Shown one piece after another: positions 46,317-57,364 of a DNA stretch of 64,000 nt. Both the position numbers and the translations under genes were made by a program. Below the pieces are notes generated by a model. The model was not told where the DNA came from. It ran no database searches and saw only the letters and a program-made list of their open reading frames with translations. Within the stretch, counting starts at the first letter, position 1. Every line of letters begins with the position of its first letter. Where the stretch lies: assembly GCA_004431415.1 (NCBI GenBank), contig QPMI01000268.1, positions 1-64,000 of the forward strand, written 5' to 3'. This DNA is from Cyanophora paradoxa CCMP329. Taxonomy: Eukaryota > Plantae > Glaucophyta.

Positions 46317-49300
46317 GCGAGTATACGTACTTCTGCAATTTACCCCCAAAAGGGAAAAGTTGGCGTCGCGCACATGCATGCCAGCTTTCCCGTAATATCG
46401 CTATCATCATCCGTTCGGCGGGTATCTCTCGCAAGAGCTCGCTAGCTTACGGCTGTGGCCAGCGCAAGATATCTTGCATTAAGTACGACTGCATGCGTCG
46501 ACAAACGGCAATTGCGAATGTCCGAACGTCGGACGTCGACGTCGACGTCTACCTCGGACACAGCTTAAAGCTGACACATGATTCTAAGCACAGATCTCGG
46601 CGTCCACGGCGTAGCATTCGGCCTCGAGCACCTGCATACGTATACGATGCGAAGTCCGTGTGCAATGGAGAGCATGATCAGCTCAAATTAAAGTGAACCC
46701 GAACTCGGCAAATTGAGGCGGGCATGCAGAGCGCACCGCAGCCTCAGCCTCCAGCTCGGCGTCGAGCTCCGCGGCGTCCATCTCGGCTTCAACAATCTGT
46801 TCGCGATCGTGTGCATATTAGTTCTCAGAGCCTTGTACGCCGTGACGATACTACATTATATCAATTAACTAATCGGCGCAGGCGCGGCCTTAGCGCTAGC
46901 GGGCAAAGATCCAGCTTTGTCTGATTAAGTTTTGCTGTGATATCGATCACGATGAAGTGCGCACCTGGGCCTCGGCGTCAAGCAAATAACCCATCAGAGA
47001 GTACGTGGGAGATGAATCGATCGGGAACGCATTCGGAAAGTTCGTGCAATCTTGGCCATACGACATTGACTTCCCGCCGGTGGCCTTGCACATCTCACCA
47101 GCCAGTTCAGTCGCGTCGGTGTTGATTTCCCAGAGGACAGTTTGGACCGTCGACGGCGCAGCGCCGCAAGAGCCATAACTGTAACACTTGACCTCTGATT
47201 CGGAGATATATAGTGATCATGAGTGATCAATCTGCGAAGAGATGCAAATTTAAACTGAAAACGACGCACTCCCTCCAACATTGCCCATGTTGTCAGAGTA
47301 CGATCTGCATGCATGCGCATGAGCGAAAACCATCATGGCATTAATATTATAGAGATTGAATGCATAGTTCCATAGTATTAGTATGCATAATACGGTACGT
47401 TAACATAAGGTATGTTACACGTTCCTTGTGAACGTTCAATTGCAACGCGAACGCATACGTTTAGCGCGCGAAGCGATCTATAGCTAGTGATCGCGCGTTA
47501 GCGGTCGACGTCCTAAGCTTGACGGCGTCCGCGAATATCGATATCTCAGCTTATAATTGCGATACGCCGCGGCGCTAATTATATAAGGGTGTCCGACGGT
47601 CGTCGGATATCGATGCGCCAAGGATCGGAGCTCACCGTGCGGGTAGAGGCGATCGAGATGAAGACCGGCGAGAATCGCGCCGATCAGAGCTAGACAGAGG
47701 CGAACTTGAAACTGCGGCAAGCTTTAAGAAGCTGTCGCGCACTGCGGCAGCAATGAAGATCGCAACGCGAATCGAAACCGTGGCTTTTTTCCTGCTGGCT
47801 CCTGAGAGGCGCCGGCGCCGGCGCGCGCGCGGTGCCGGCGCCTGCGCCTTCGGGACCCGGGCGGCTCGAAAAAGCTCGAAAAGGCCGCGGCTGCAGCTGA
47901 TCATGAAGCCTGAACCGAGGCTGAACCTTAGTCATGACTCATGAATCAGGCTGCTGTGCCAGCCACTGCCAGGCTGCCAGCTGCAGGCTGCAGCTGGCAG
48001 CCTGCAGGCGTGTCGGCCCACTGTCGGGTAGACGGTAAAAAAAGAGATGTGGAAGAACTCCGCAGCTTTTTTTCGCCTGGCTCCTGAGAGGTGCTGCCGG
48101 CGCCGGCTGGCTCGAAACGGTTGACGGCGCACCGGTTCGTGAAACGTTTCCCTTCAAATGAAATGGAGCTAACCAATAGACTGCAAGCTTCATCAATTCC
48201 TGGGACACTACTCGGAAGCCAATGACTTGGCAACAGGTACCAGCTATAGCTTTGTTTTTGACGTAATATGCTAGGCTATTGGCTCGCTCTGCTCAATACT
48301 AAGTTATAACTTATTACTTATGACACAAGCGGACTTGCAAGCAATGGGACTCTATTATGGGAGGCATCTGAGCCAGATTCTGAGGCATGGCGCCGGAGTC
48401 CGGCCTATAGAGTTATTAGGCTAGGCCTAGGCCTGCCAGGCTGTACATTTCTTCTATATCGGGTTTTATTTAAGACCCCAAAATAATTAGGAATCCCATG
48501 GCCAGGATTTGGCCGGGTTGGTAGCTTGAAAATTTAATAAGACTTGGCCGCGGAGCGCTGTAATTTCCGTGGTACCAAATTATAAATTATTACCGCGTTT
48601 TTACAAACTTTTGGCGCGGTAATTTTGGTACCGCGGTAATGAAGTGGGCGCGGTGTTTATGTGTTTCAAGTTTTACGGTAGTCCGACGGTCCGGGTCCGC
48701 GCGCCACCGTACCGCCGGCGCGCGCGCCGCGCGCGCCGCGAGTCGCGCGGCTAGCGCTCGCGCCGCACGCCCTGCCACGCCGTGACAACGTTAACAGTGG
48801 CATACCGGTTACTACGGTATGCTCTCCGGAATCCATGGCCACCTTCAGGCTTGTGTTCTCATATGCGTTGAGACAAATCGGGGAACTGACCTCGTTTTCC
48901 CCATGTAGGACTTGCCGTAGTCGGGAATTAGGTAATTAGGTAATTAGGTCGAACACGCACCTTTTTTTGCGGACGATCCTCGAACCGGTAAAAATCTAAT
49001 TAGCTTGGAATTCGAGGAGGTCGGGCCGGACGTCGACCTCCTCGAGTTCCGGCTAATTCGCTCGGGCTGTCCGGACTAGTTTAAAGACTGTAACCCTCCC
49101 CTCGTCGACGAAAGACCCCGAATTACCTAATTACCGAATTCCAAGTCGCCGCGCATGGGGAAAACGACCTGAATCAGAACTGCAAGCTCAGCCGGCCGTG
49201 TTATAATTAACCATTTTTTTTTTCGAATAGTCCGCTTGTGTCATAAGTAATAAGTTATAACTTAGTATTGAGCAGAGCGAGCCATGCAATAGCCTAGCAT

Positions 49301-51256
49301 ATTACGTCAAAAACAAAGCTATAGCTGGTACCTATTGCCAAGTCATTGGCTTCCGAGTAGTGTCCCAGGAATTGATGAAGCTTGCAGTCTATTGGTTAGC
49401 TCCATTTCATTTGAAGGGAAACGTTTCACGAACCGGTGCGCCGTCAACCGTTTCGAGCCAGCCGGCGCCGGCAGCACCTCTCAGGAGCCAGGCGAAAAAA
49501 AGCTGCGGAGTTCTTCCACATCTCTTTTTTTACCGTCTACCCGACAGTGGGCCGACACGCCTGCAGGCTGCCAGCTGCAGCCTGCAGCTGGCAGCCTGGC
49601 AGTGGCTGGCACAGCAGCCTGATTCATGAGTCATGACTAAGGTTCAGCCTCGGTTCAGGCTTCATGATCAGCTGCAGCCGCGGCCTTTTCGAGCTTTTTC
49701 GAGCCGCCCGGGCCCGAAGGCGCAGGCGCCGGCACCGCGCGCGCGCCGGCGCCGGCGCCTCTCAGGAGCCAGCAGGAAAAAAGCCACGGTTTCGATTCGC
49801 GTTGCGATCTTCATTGCTGCCGCAGTGCGCGACAGCTTCTTAAAGCTTGCCGCAGTTTCAAGTTCGCCTCTGTCTAGCTCTGATCGGCGCGATTCTCGCC
49901 GGTCTTCATCTCGATCGCCTCTACCCGCACGGTGAGCTCCGATCCTTGGCGCATCGATATCCGACGACCGTCGGACACCCTTATATAATTAGCGCCGCGG
50001 CGTATCGCAATTATAAGCTGAGATATCGATATTCGAAATTCGCGGACGCCGTCAAGCTTAGGACGTCGACCGCTAACGCGCGATCACTAGCTATAGATCG
50101 CTTCGCGCGCTAAACGTATGCGTTCGCGTTGCAATTGAACGTTCACAAGGAACGTGTAACATACCTTATGTTAACGTACCGTATTATGCATACTAATACT
50201 ATGGAACTATGCATTCAATCTCTATAATATTAATGCCATGATGGTTTTCGCTCATGCGCATGCATGCAGATCGTACTCTGACAACATGGGCAATGTTGGA
50301 GGGAGTGCGTCGTTTTCAGTTTAAATTTGCATCTCTTCGCAGATTGATCACTCATGATCACTATATATCTCCGAATCAGAGGTCAAGTGTTACAGTTATG
50401 GCTCTTGCGGCGCTGCGCCGTCGACGGTCCAAACTGTCCTCTGGGAAATCAACACCGACGCGACTGAACTGGCTGGTGAGATGTGCAAGGCCACCGGCGG
50501 GAAGTCAATGTCGTATGGCCAAGATTGCACGAACTTTCCGAATGCGTTCCCGATCGATTCATCTCCCACGTACTCTCTGATGGGTTATTTGCTTGACGCC
50601 GAGGCCCAGGTGCGCACTTCATCGTGATCGATATCACAGCAAAACTTAATCAGACAAAGCTGGATCTTTGCCCGCTAGCGCTAAGGCCGCGCCTGCGCCG
50701 ATTAGTTAATTGATATAATGTAGTATCGTCACGGCGTACAAGGCTCTGAGAACTAATATGCACACGATCGCGAACAGATTGTTGAAGCCGAGATGGACGC
50801 CGCGGAGCTCGACGCCGAGCTGGAGGCTGAGGCTGCGGTGCGCTCTGCATGCCCGCCTCAATTTGCCGAGTTCGGGTTCACTTTAATTTGAGCTGATCAT
50901 GCTCTCCATTGCACACGGACTTCGCATCGTATACGTATGCAGGTGCTCGAGGCCGAATGCTACGCCGTGGACGCCGAGATCTGTGCTTAGAATCATGTGT
51001 CAGCTTTAAGCTGTGTCCGAGGTAGACGTCGACGTCGACGTCCGACGTTCGGACATTCGCAATTGCCGTTTGTCGACGCATGCAGTCGTACTTAATGCAA
51101 GATATCTTGCGCTGGCCACAGCCGTAAGCTAGCGAGCTCTTGCGAGAGATACCCGCCGAACGGATGATGATAGCGATATTACGGGAAAGCTGGCATGCGT
51201 GTGCGCGACGCCAACTTTTCCCTTTTGGGGGTAAATTGCAGAAGTACTTATACTCG
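46317..51256. repeat. Large inverted repeat with arms about 46317-48335 and 49229-51256 and a spacer of about 0.9 kb
   Basis: The ORF track is mirror-image across the arms. Reverse-complement identity holds with a few substitutions and small insertions. Confidence 0.97.
48886..49177. mobile_element. MITE of about 290 bp in the spacer of the inverted repeat
   Basis: Imperfect TIRs CTGA..TCGTTTTCCCCATG..GGAATTAGGTAATTAGGTAATT / AATTACCTAATTACCGAATTCC..CATGGGGAAAACGA..TCAG. Internal hairpin GGAATTCGAGGAGGTCG..CGACCTCCTCGAGTTCC. A related copy lies at about 8350-9500. Confidence 0.7.
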
Positions 51257-51370
51257 AGTGCTCGGTATAGAGACTCGAGCTCGAATTTTCGAGAGCGATA
51301 TCATATCGATATATATCCGATGATCGATGTGCGCATGCATCGGCCTTCGATCCGCCCCCCAGTTCCATAA

Positions 51371-52112
51371 GATTTCATGGGGCTGTGCCCCTAGCCTGGA
51401 ACTGATGTTCTCCTCCCCGGGCTCAGCCCCTAATGTGAACGCGAAGGCCTTTTTGGAAGTTTTTTGCCTTCGTCCTCCTGCAATATAGATAGGAAGAGGG
51501 GGGGGGGGGGGGGTGGGGGGGGGGGGGGGGGGGGGGCGGGGCTAGGACGAGGGTGCGCGCATAGGTAAGGACGCGCCCGCTCAGGACCCCACGGCGGCGA
51601 CGGGAGCGGGAGGAGGCCAAGCTGGAGGAGACTCGAACGCGGCGTCGGCAGGGCCCAGCGGGCCCGTAAGGCCGAGGTTTAGGAGCTTCGGCTCCCCACG
51701 TTCGGCCAGCGACGCCCTGCTCCCAACACCCCGCCGCACCCGTGGACTTGGGCGGCGCGATCCAAGACCCAGCGCAACAACCTGAACCTACCCTCCCATC
51801 TCTCCCTCCCCACCTCCCCTCTCAACTCCCCCCTTCACGAGCGACCCGCGGCCATGTTTTAAAACCAGCAAGATGGCATCTAGGACCGTGTAGCTCAGCA
51901 TGCCTACGCCTCCTACTTGAGGACCGGCGCATATTATGTGTTGGGGGCGACCTGACGGCTACAGCTTCAGCATCAGCTCGACTACGACAACAAGCTATAG
52001 AACCGAGCTCGCCCTTTTCCTCAGTGTAGCTTGGCTTTCCCAGTATCCGGTAGGCGCGGAGCGGGGGACTGCTGTCATGTGTGTACGAATGGAGCAGACT
52101 TTCCAAAAAAAA
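51371..52112 (+). mobile_element. Non-LTR retro-insertion with poly(A) and 17-bp TSD
   Basis: GCCCCCCAGTTCCATAA at 51354-51370 and 52113-52129, with A8 at 52105-52112 immediately before the second copy. Confidence 0.85.
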
Positions 52113-52288
52113 GCCCCCCAGTTCCATAACTTAATGCCACCTCGAGCTCGCACCAGAGAGGCACGAACGGTTCGGGATCTAATGAAAGAGTAGTAGTGGC
52201 ACGAACATGCACGGGGCAGATGTAGATCGACCCCGGCCCAGCGCGCGCGGCAGGTTGAAGTAGTAAAGATAGACACAGATTATATATG

Positions 52289-53117
52289 ATTGAAAAGAAT
52301 AGAAAAGGGCTGATAAGCAGACGCTGCGATCTAACCGAATAAAGAAAAGCCTGAATGAAAGGCCAGATTCAGCGGGTGGCAGGCGGCGGGGGCGCACGCA
52401 CGTGCACGCGGCGCAACACAGGGCGCACGCGGGGTGCCGAATGAGCGGACAAGCGCCACGTCGTGCGCAGCACACGAACTATATATAGCTAGTCTGCTGT
52501 CCGGGTGCCGATCGCAACAAGAGCGCCGAGCGCCCGGCCCGGCCGGCGTGCTCGGCCGGCACACGCGGTTCTGCAATATAAGCTCGATATAAGCTCGATA
52601 TAAGCGCAGCGAGAGAGTACGGTCTAGATCTGGCCGGCCGGGCGTGCTCGGCTGCGATCAGCTGCAGCGGCGCAGGCAGCAACGCAAGCAGTTTCTAGGC
52701 GGAAATCTAGCCTAGTAGAGGAGACGTTGACAGGTAGAGACTCTGAGAGAAGTGGTTTCATGCAGAACCGCGCAACGAAGAGCAAGGCGTACGCGACGCA
52801 CTGCGAGGAAGCCGAAGTCTAGAGGAGACAGCTAGGGAGAACTGGTTCCATGCAGAACCGCGCAAGGAATTCGAAGACCGGAGTTAGAGAGAGAAGTTAG
52901 TTTTCCCCTCGAAAACCACTTTTTCCCCTCGAATTCGACGCTCGAAAGTCGAGAGCTGACCGGTCCACCGAGCCAATCCGAACGCGAATAAAAGACATTT
53001 TCGTTGCAGACTGGCCCACATTTTCGTTGCAGACTGGCCCTCGAAAACGGCCTCATAGAAAAATTTTGGCTGAAGCGAGGGAACGGGAAGCAAGGGGGCC
53101 CCCTTCCCCCCTTGCAA
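52289..53117. mobile_element. Diverged copy of the right part of the 42566-46193 element
   Basis: Shares ATTGAAAAGAATAGAAAAGGGCTGATAAGCAG, CTCGAAAACGGCCTCATAGAA and the CCCCTTCCCCCCTTGCAA end with 45369-46193. Confidence 0.75.
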
Positions 53118-53282
53118 CAAGAGCAGAGCCTCGCTTGAAGAGGGAATTCGAAGTCACGGGCCGGGTTTCATTTAATTTGCTCGAGAGATCAAATTAAGAA
53201 TTCGATCGATCGATCGAATGTTAGAGGAGGAGCTCGAATCTACGTACAGTTAGCTAGCCTAGTAGAGCGATCGCGAGCTAGA

Positions 53283-54451
53283 ATGCCGCATCTTTCGCAC
53301 TCTCACGTCGTTCTGACCGTCGCCGCGCTAGCCATCCTGGCTGCGGCGACGTCGGTGCCGGCGCGTGCGCATGCTTCCGGGTCGCCGTGCACCGATAATT
53401 CGCAGTGCGGTGCGCCGGCCGGCGACCGATATCGCCGTGCGCGCTGGCGATCGATAAATTATAATTACTACTGCAATCGATATCGCGGCATTACAGAAAT
53501 AATTCGCGGGGCACCTTTTCGAATTCGCAGCCGCGGACCGCGAAATCTGCCAGGGTGGGCGGTGCGTCGCGGGGTGCCCCGGCCCCAAGCTCCTGTGTAG
53601 CGACGGCGTCTGCCGCCATTGCTGTGGGGACTGGAATTGCGGTGCGATCCGATGGGATTTTATTCATTGTTGATTTAGAATTCGAATTCGAAAAGCTAAT
53701 TCACCACGAGGCAGAGGAGGGCCGGTTTTGCGACGATGGGGTGTGCAAAAAGACGCGATCGGAGTGCAAGCACTGGGAGAAGCGCTGCAGCGACGGGGAG
53801 TGCCGCCGCTGCTGCGAAAACTCTGACTGCCGTTCGCGATCTAATTTTATTCAGCTCGTCGCTTTTTTTCAAACGCCCACGAGCGAGGCAGGGGAGGGGC
53901 GGGTCTGCGACAACGGAGTTTGCAAAACGAAAACGACATGCGAGAGCGGAGAGAAGCGCTGCAGCAACGGAGAGTGCCGGCGCTGCTGCACGAACTCTGA
54001 CTGTCGTCCGCGCTTTCGAATTCTGTCTTCGATTTTTAGAAAATCGCTTCGAATTCCTCTTTGTCTTTAACTGAATCACTCGCGCGCAGCCTCGGGGAAG
54101 AGCTGCTGCCAAAGCTTCGCGATCGGATACGTCGTCCCGTTTGACTGCAACGACTGCTGCGGCAATGACTGCCGTGCGTCTATGTTTAATCTGTTGTGCA
54201 TGAGGTTTTGATCTGGTGTTGCTTTGCACGGATTCACCGATCATCGGATCGCGAGTCAAAAACGCGCAGCGGGGCAGATGGTGTGCTACGCGGGGGTCTG
54301 CCGGTGCGACCCGGTCCGGGGCTACGGCGGGCTGGTCTGCGACGCGGAGAGAGGCGTGTGCTGCTGCGTCGGGGATCATGATCAGTGCACCAGCGACGGC
54401 CAATGCGCGCACCCCGAGATGCTGTGCGACCCGGGCCAAACCCAGCGCTAA
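53283..54451 (+). CDS. Secreted cysteine-rich repeat protein
   Basis: Signal peptide VVLTVAALAILAAATSVPA. Exon-encoded repeats CDxGVC..C...EKRCSxGECRRCCxNSDC are separated by same-position introns. Confidence 0.8.
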
Positions 54452-54827
54452 TTTCATACAGCTGAAGTCGCCTAATCGCGAGCGATTTATAATTAGTTGC
54501 TGCCTGGATATGTAAATATCTCAGTCCTTTTCCGTCGTAGATAGCTATAGCTATATATGCTATTTGTAGATAGCTATATATATAGTGCCAACTGCAGTGC
54601 GTATCAATCATTTTGCTGCATGTGGTTATCAAATTTGCGCATGCGCGCTCGTGAGAATATTGTAATTGCATTTGCCTCGAGCTTGAATTTAAATAGAATT
54701 CGAAGCTAGATCTAGAGCTAGAGGAGGATCCGGGCTCGAGGGTGCCGATCCCGAGTTATAATAAGAGAGCACTCAGAGCAGTCCTTAAGGGGTACACTAG
54801 TTAATTAAGGGCGCGGGCAGACAGAAA

Positions 54828-56586
54828 ATGGGCGGCAGCGACAAGATCGAGCGCGCGCGCATCGAGTCCAGCGAGCTGGAGTGCGCGCTCTGCCGCATCG
54901 GCATCGCGAGGGAATTTATTGCATCCGGGAGGTCGCGGGTCATTCTTGGCGAGGTGCGCTGTTTTTGCAGTGAAAGGAGTTTTCGCAGCAAGTAGCTAAT
55001 TGTATATATCTCGGCGCCAGGTGCGGGGCGAGAATGGCTCCGTGCGCACCGTGGGAGAGATTGAGCTCGGAGACTTCCGCGTGCGGATTGACGAGGACAC
55101 GCGCATTGCCAAGGTTGGGCCGACGCGCTACCTTATCCAGAACGACTCGCACGTGCGCGAAAGGCGCGGCTTTTGCGAATTTTGCGCGCGAGAGAGCGAT
55201 CTCGCGGCAGGATTTCTTCGAAGTCGCTTTCTCGAGCGACTCGTCCGGAGACGCTCTAGAGGGCGCGGAGGACATGTTCCAGCGGGCCGCAGGCGCTTTC
55301 GCGCCCGAGGGAAGCCCCTGCGCCATGCAAATTATGCAAGACGCCCGCATGGTTCCCACCGGCGACACGACGGTGCGCGAAGTTCTAATTCATCCTCTGC
55401 CGCGTTTCTCGATATCGATTTTAATTTAGCATTCGGTTCAGGCCGCGGACCGCGTGATCACGATGCTGGCGCGGGGGACGACGACTGTCGCGGAGAGCGT
55501 GGGGTCTGCAGAGGACGCCATCAACAACTACATCCGATCCGCGAGCGAGTTCGCCAAGCACGCAGCGGGCGGGCCGGAGTCGCCGGCGCAGGGCGAGCCG
55601 GGCTTCATCGTCTCGTCTCTGGACTTCGGGGCCCGGGGCGCCCGCTCCATGACCAGCACCCTTGCCGGCGGTGCGTATGCGATCCGGATCTCTCTCTTCT
55701 TTATTCATGTTTCTCCTTTCTCCTTTACTCCTTCTCCTTTCTCCTTTTTCCTGTCTCGAATAACCTTGGCAGCCGCGAACGTGGTCGTGAACGCGGCGGC
55801 GGGCGGCGTGGCGCGGGTCGCCGACGGGACGATCTCCGTCACTTCCCGCCTCCTCGGCACCTTCCAGGTGCGCGAAACCGACTCAATTAGAAATTAAATT
55901 AATCATGAAGGCCCAAAACTTTCGCGGTCTGATAAAGAGCCGCTCGGATTTCGCAGCCGCTGGTCGCGGACTCGACGGAGCGCCTCGCCCGCGCCGGTAT
56001 TTACAGCGCTGGTCCGTCGCGAACTACGTTTCCTGAAATCTTCGCGATGAGTGTTTTTTGCGCGCAGGGGAGGTCTACGGGACTGCCGCGGAGGCGATGC
56101 ACCGGGTGCGGCGCGCCGACGATCAAATTTTGCGGACCTCGAATCAAATATTACAACGTTTGCCCCTTCTGAGGGGCGCCGCCGCCCAGGTCCTCGCGAA
56201 CGCAGCCGACGCGGGGACGGACATCGTTCGCCACCGGTGCGCGCGAGCGCCGGCCGCCGGGCTCCCCAGTCTACCTTCTGCCCTCTCGAGCTCCAGATTC
56301 TCTCGTTCCTGAGCAGCGGCCGCGCGCGCAGGCTCGGGGAGCCGGCGAGCCGCGTCGCGCGCAGCACGGGCGGCATCGTGAAGGTGCCGCGCCCCTCTCC
56401 AGGACCGCGCGGGTCAGCGACTCGGCGATGCCTTACGCGCGCGGCCGCTGGTGGCAGGACCTGAGCGGGATCAACATGTCCGCGGGGCGCATCTTCCGCC
56501 GCGCCGCCGCCCGCCTCGCCTCCCAGCGCGCCTTCGCCTCGGGAGCCGCCCGCCCCGCCTCGCCCCGCGTCGCCGCCGCCTCCTAA
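54828..56586 (+). CDS. Senescence/spartin-associated domain protein (ERD7/spartin-like)
   Basis: Spliced C-terminal region AAQVLANAADAGTDIVRH|RLGEPASRVARSTG matches the T..V.H(R/K)(Y/L)G..A motif. Ala/Gly-rich helices. TAA at 56584-56586. Confidence 0.7.
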
Positions 56587-57364
56587 ATCAATTCCGGATC
56601 CCGGAGGCTAGGCCCGAGCTGTGCGGCTCTGTAAATCAGCGCGATCGACAGCTCGCTATGTATACGTACATTATAATTGAACTATGAAAACAACAAGTGT
56701 AACACATGTACATGTACATGATTTCGCGCGCGTCCCGCTCGAGCTCTAGATCTAGCTATAGATCTCTCTCTAGATCTGCCAGGCTGCTTTCGAAACCCGG
56801 CACGTCGTCGTCGAGCGTGAATCCGGCGCACCGGCTCCGTATACGTAGCCAGCGCTAGTGGGCCAGCTCCGGTCCGGTGCACGTGAATTGGAACGTGCGC
56901 GCGGTCTCAGCAGAATTTGATCTCTGAATCACGGCTTCGAGAAGCCACGGGGCCACTTTTTCGTCGGTTCGGGCCGAGCCCGCAGGCGTCGCCGGCGCAA
57001 CAAATACTCGAGCGACGTCGTGTAGGAGGCCAATTGAACACGTGCGGGTAGCGCGGGCCGCGAACGGAGCGGCCGAAGCGCAGCCGGGCCATCGAGCGGT
57101 GCGCACGGTCTGCTAGGCGCTCCAATGTTCTGAAGGCACCTTCCGCGTCGTCCCCGCTGACGCCGCGCCCGCGCTGCTGTGCAGGCGGTCGAGCGTCGCT
57201 GATCATTGAGCCAGGCGAAGCGCCCCACGCGCGAGCAGCGCACATTTGAAGGCGCCAGCTACCGTCTCCGACCCGCGCGTGCGTCTCCGTCCCAAGGCCC
57301 GACCGGGTGCCGGCCGCGGCTGATGATGGGGCGCCGCCGGGCCGAGCAGCTCCTCGCGAGAGCC

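Noticed and set aside
51371-51500. HDV-like, twister or hammerhead ribozyme at the 5' end of the retro-insertion
   Set aside because: Helices exist, but the required catalytic cores (P1.1 GG plus catalytic C, or CTGATGA/GAAA) could not be placed.
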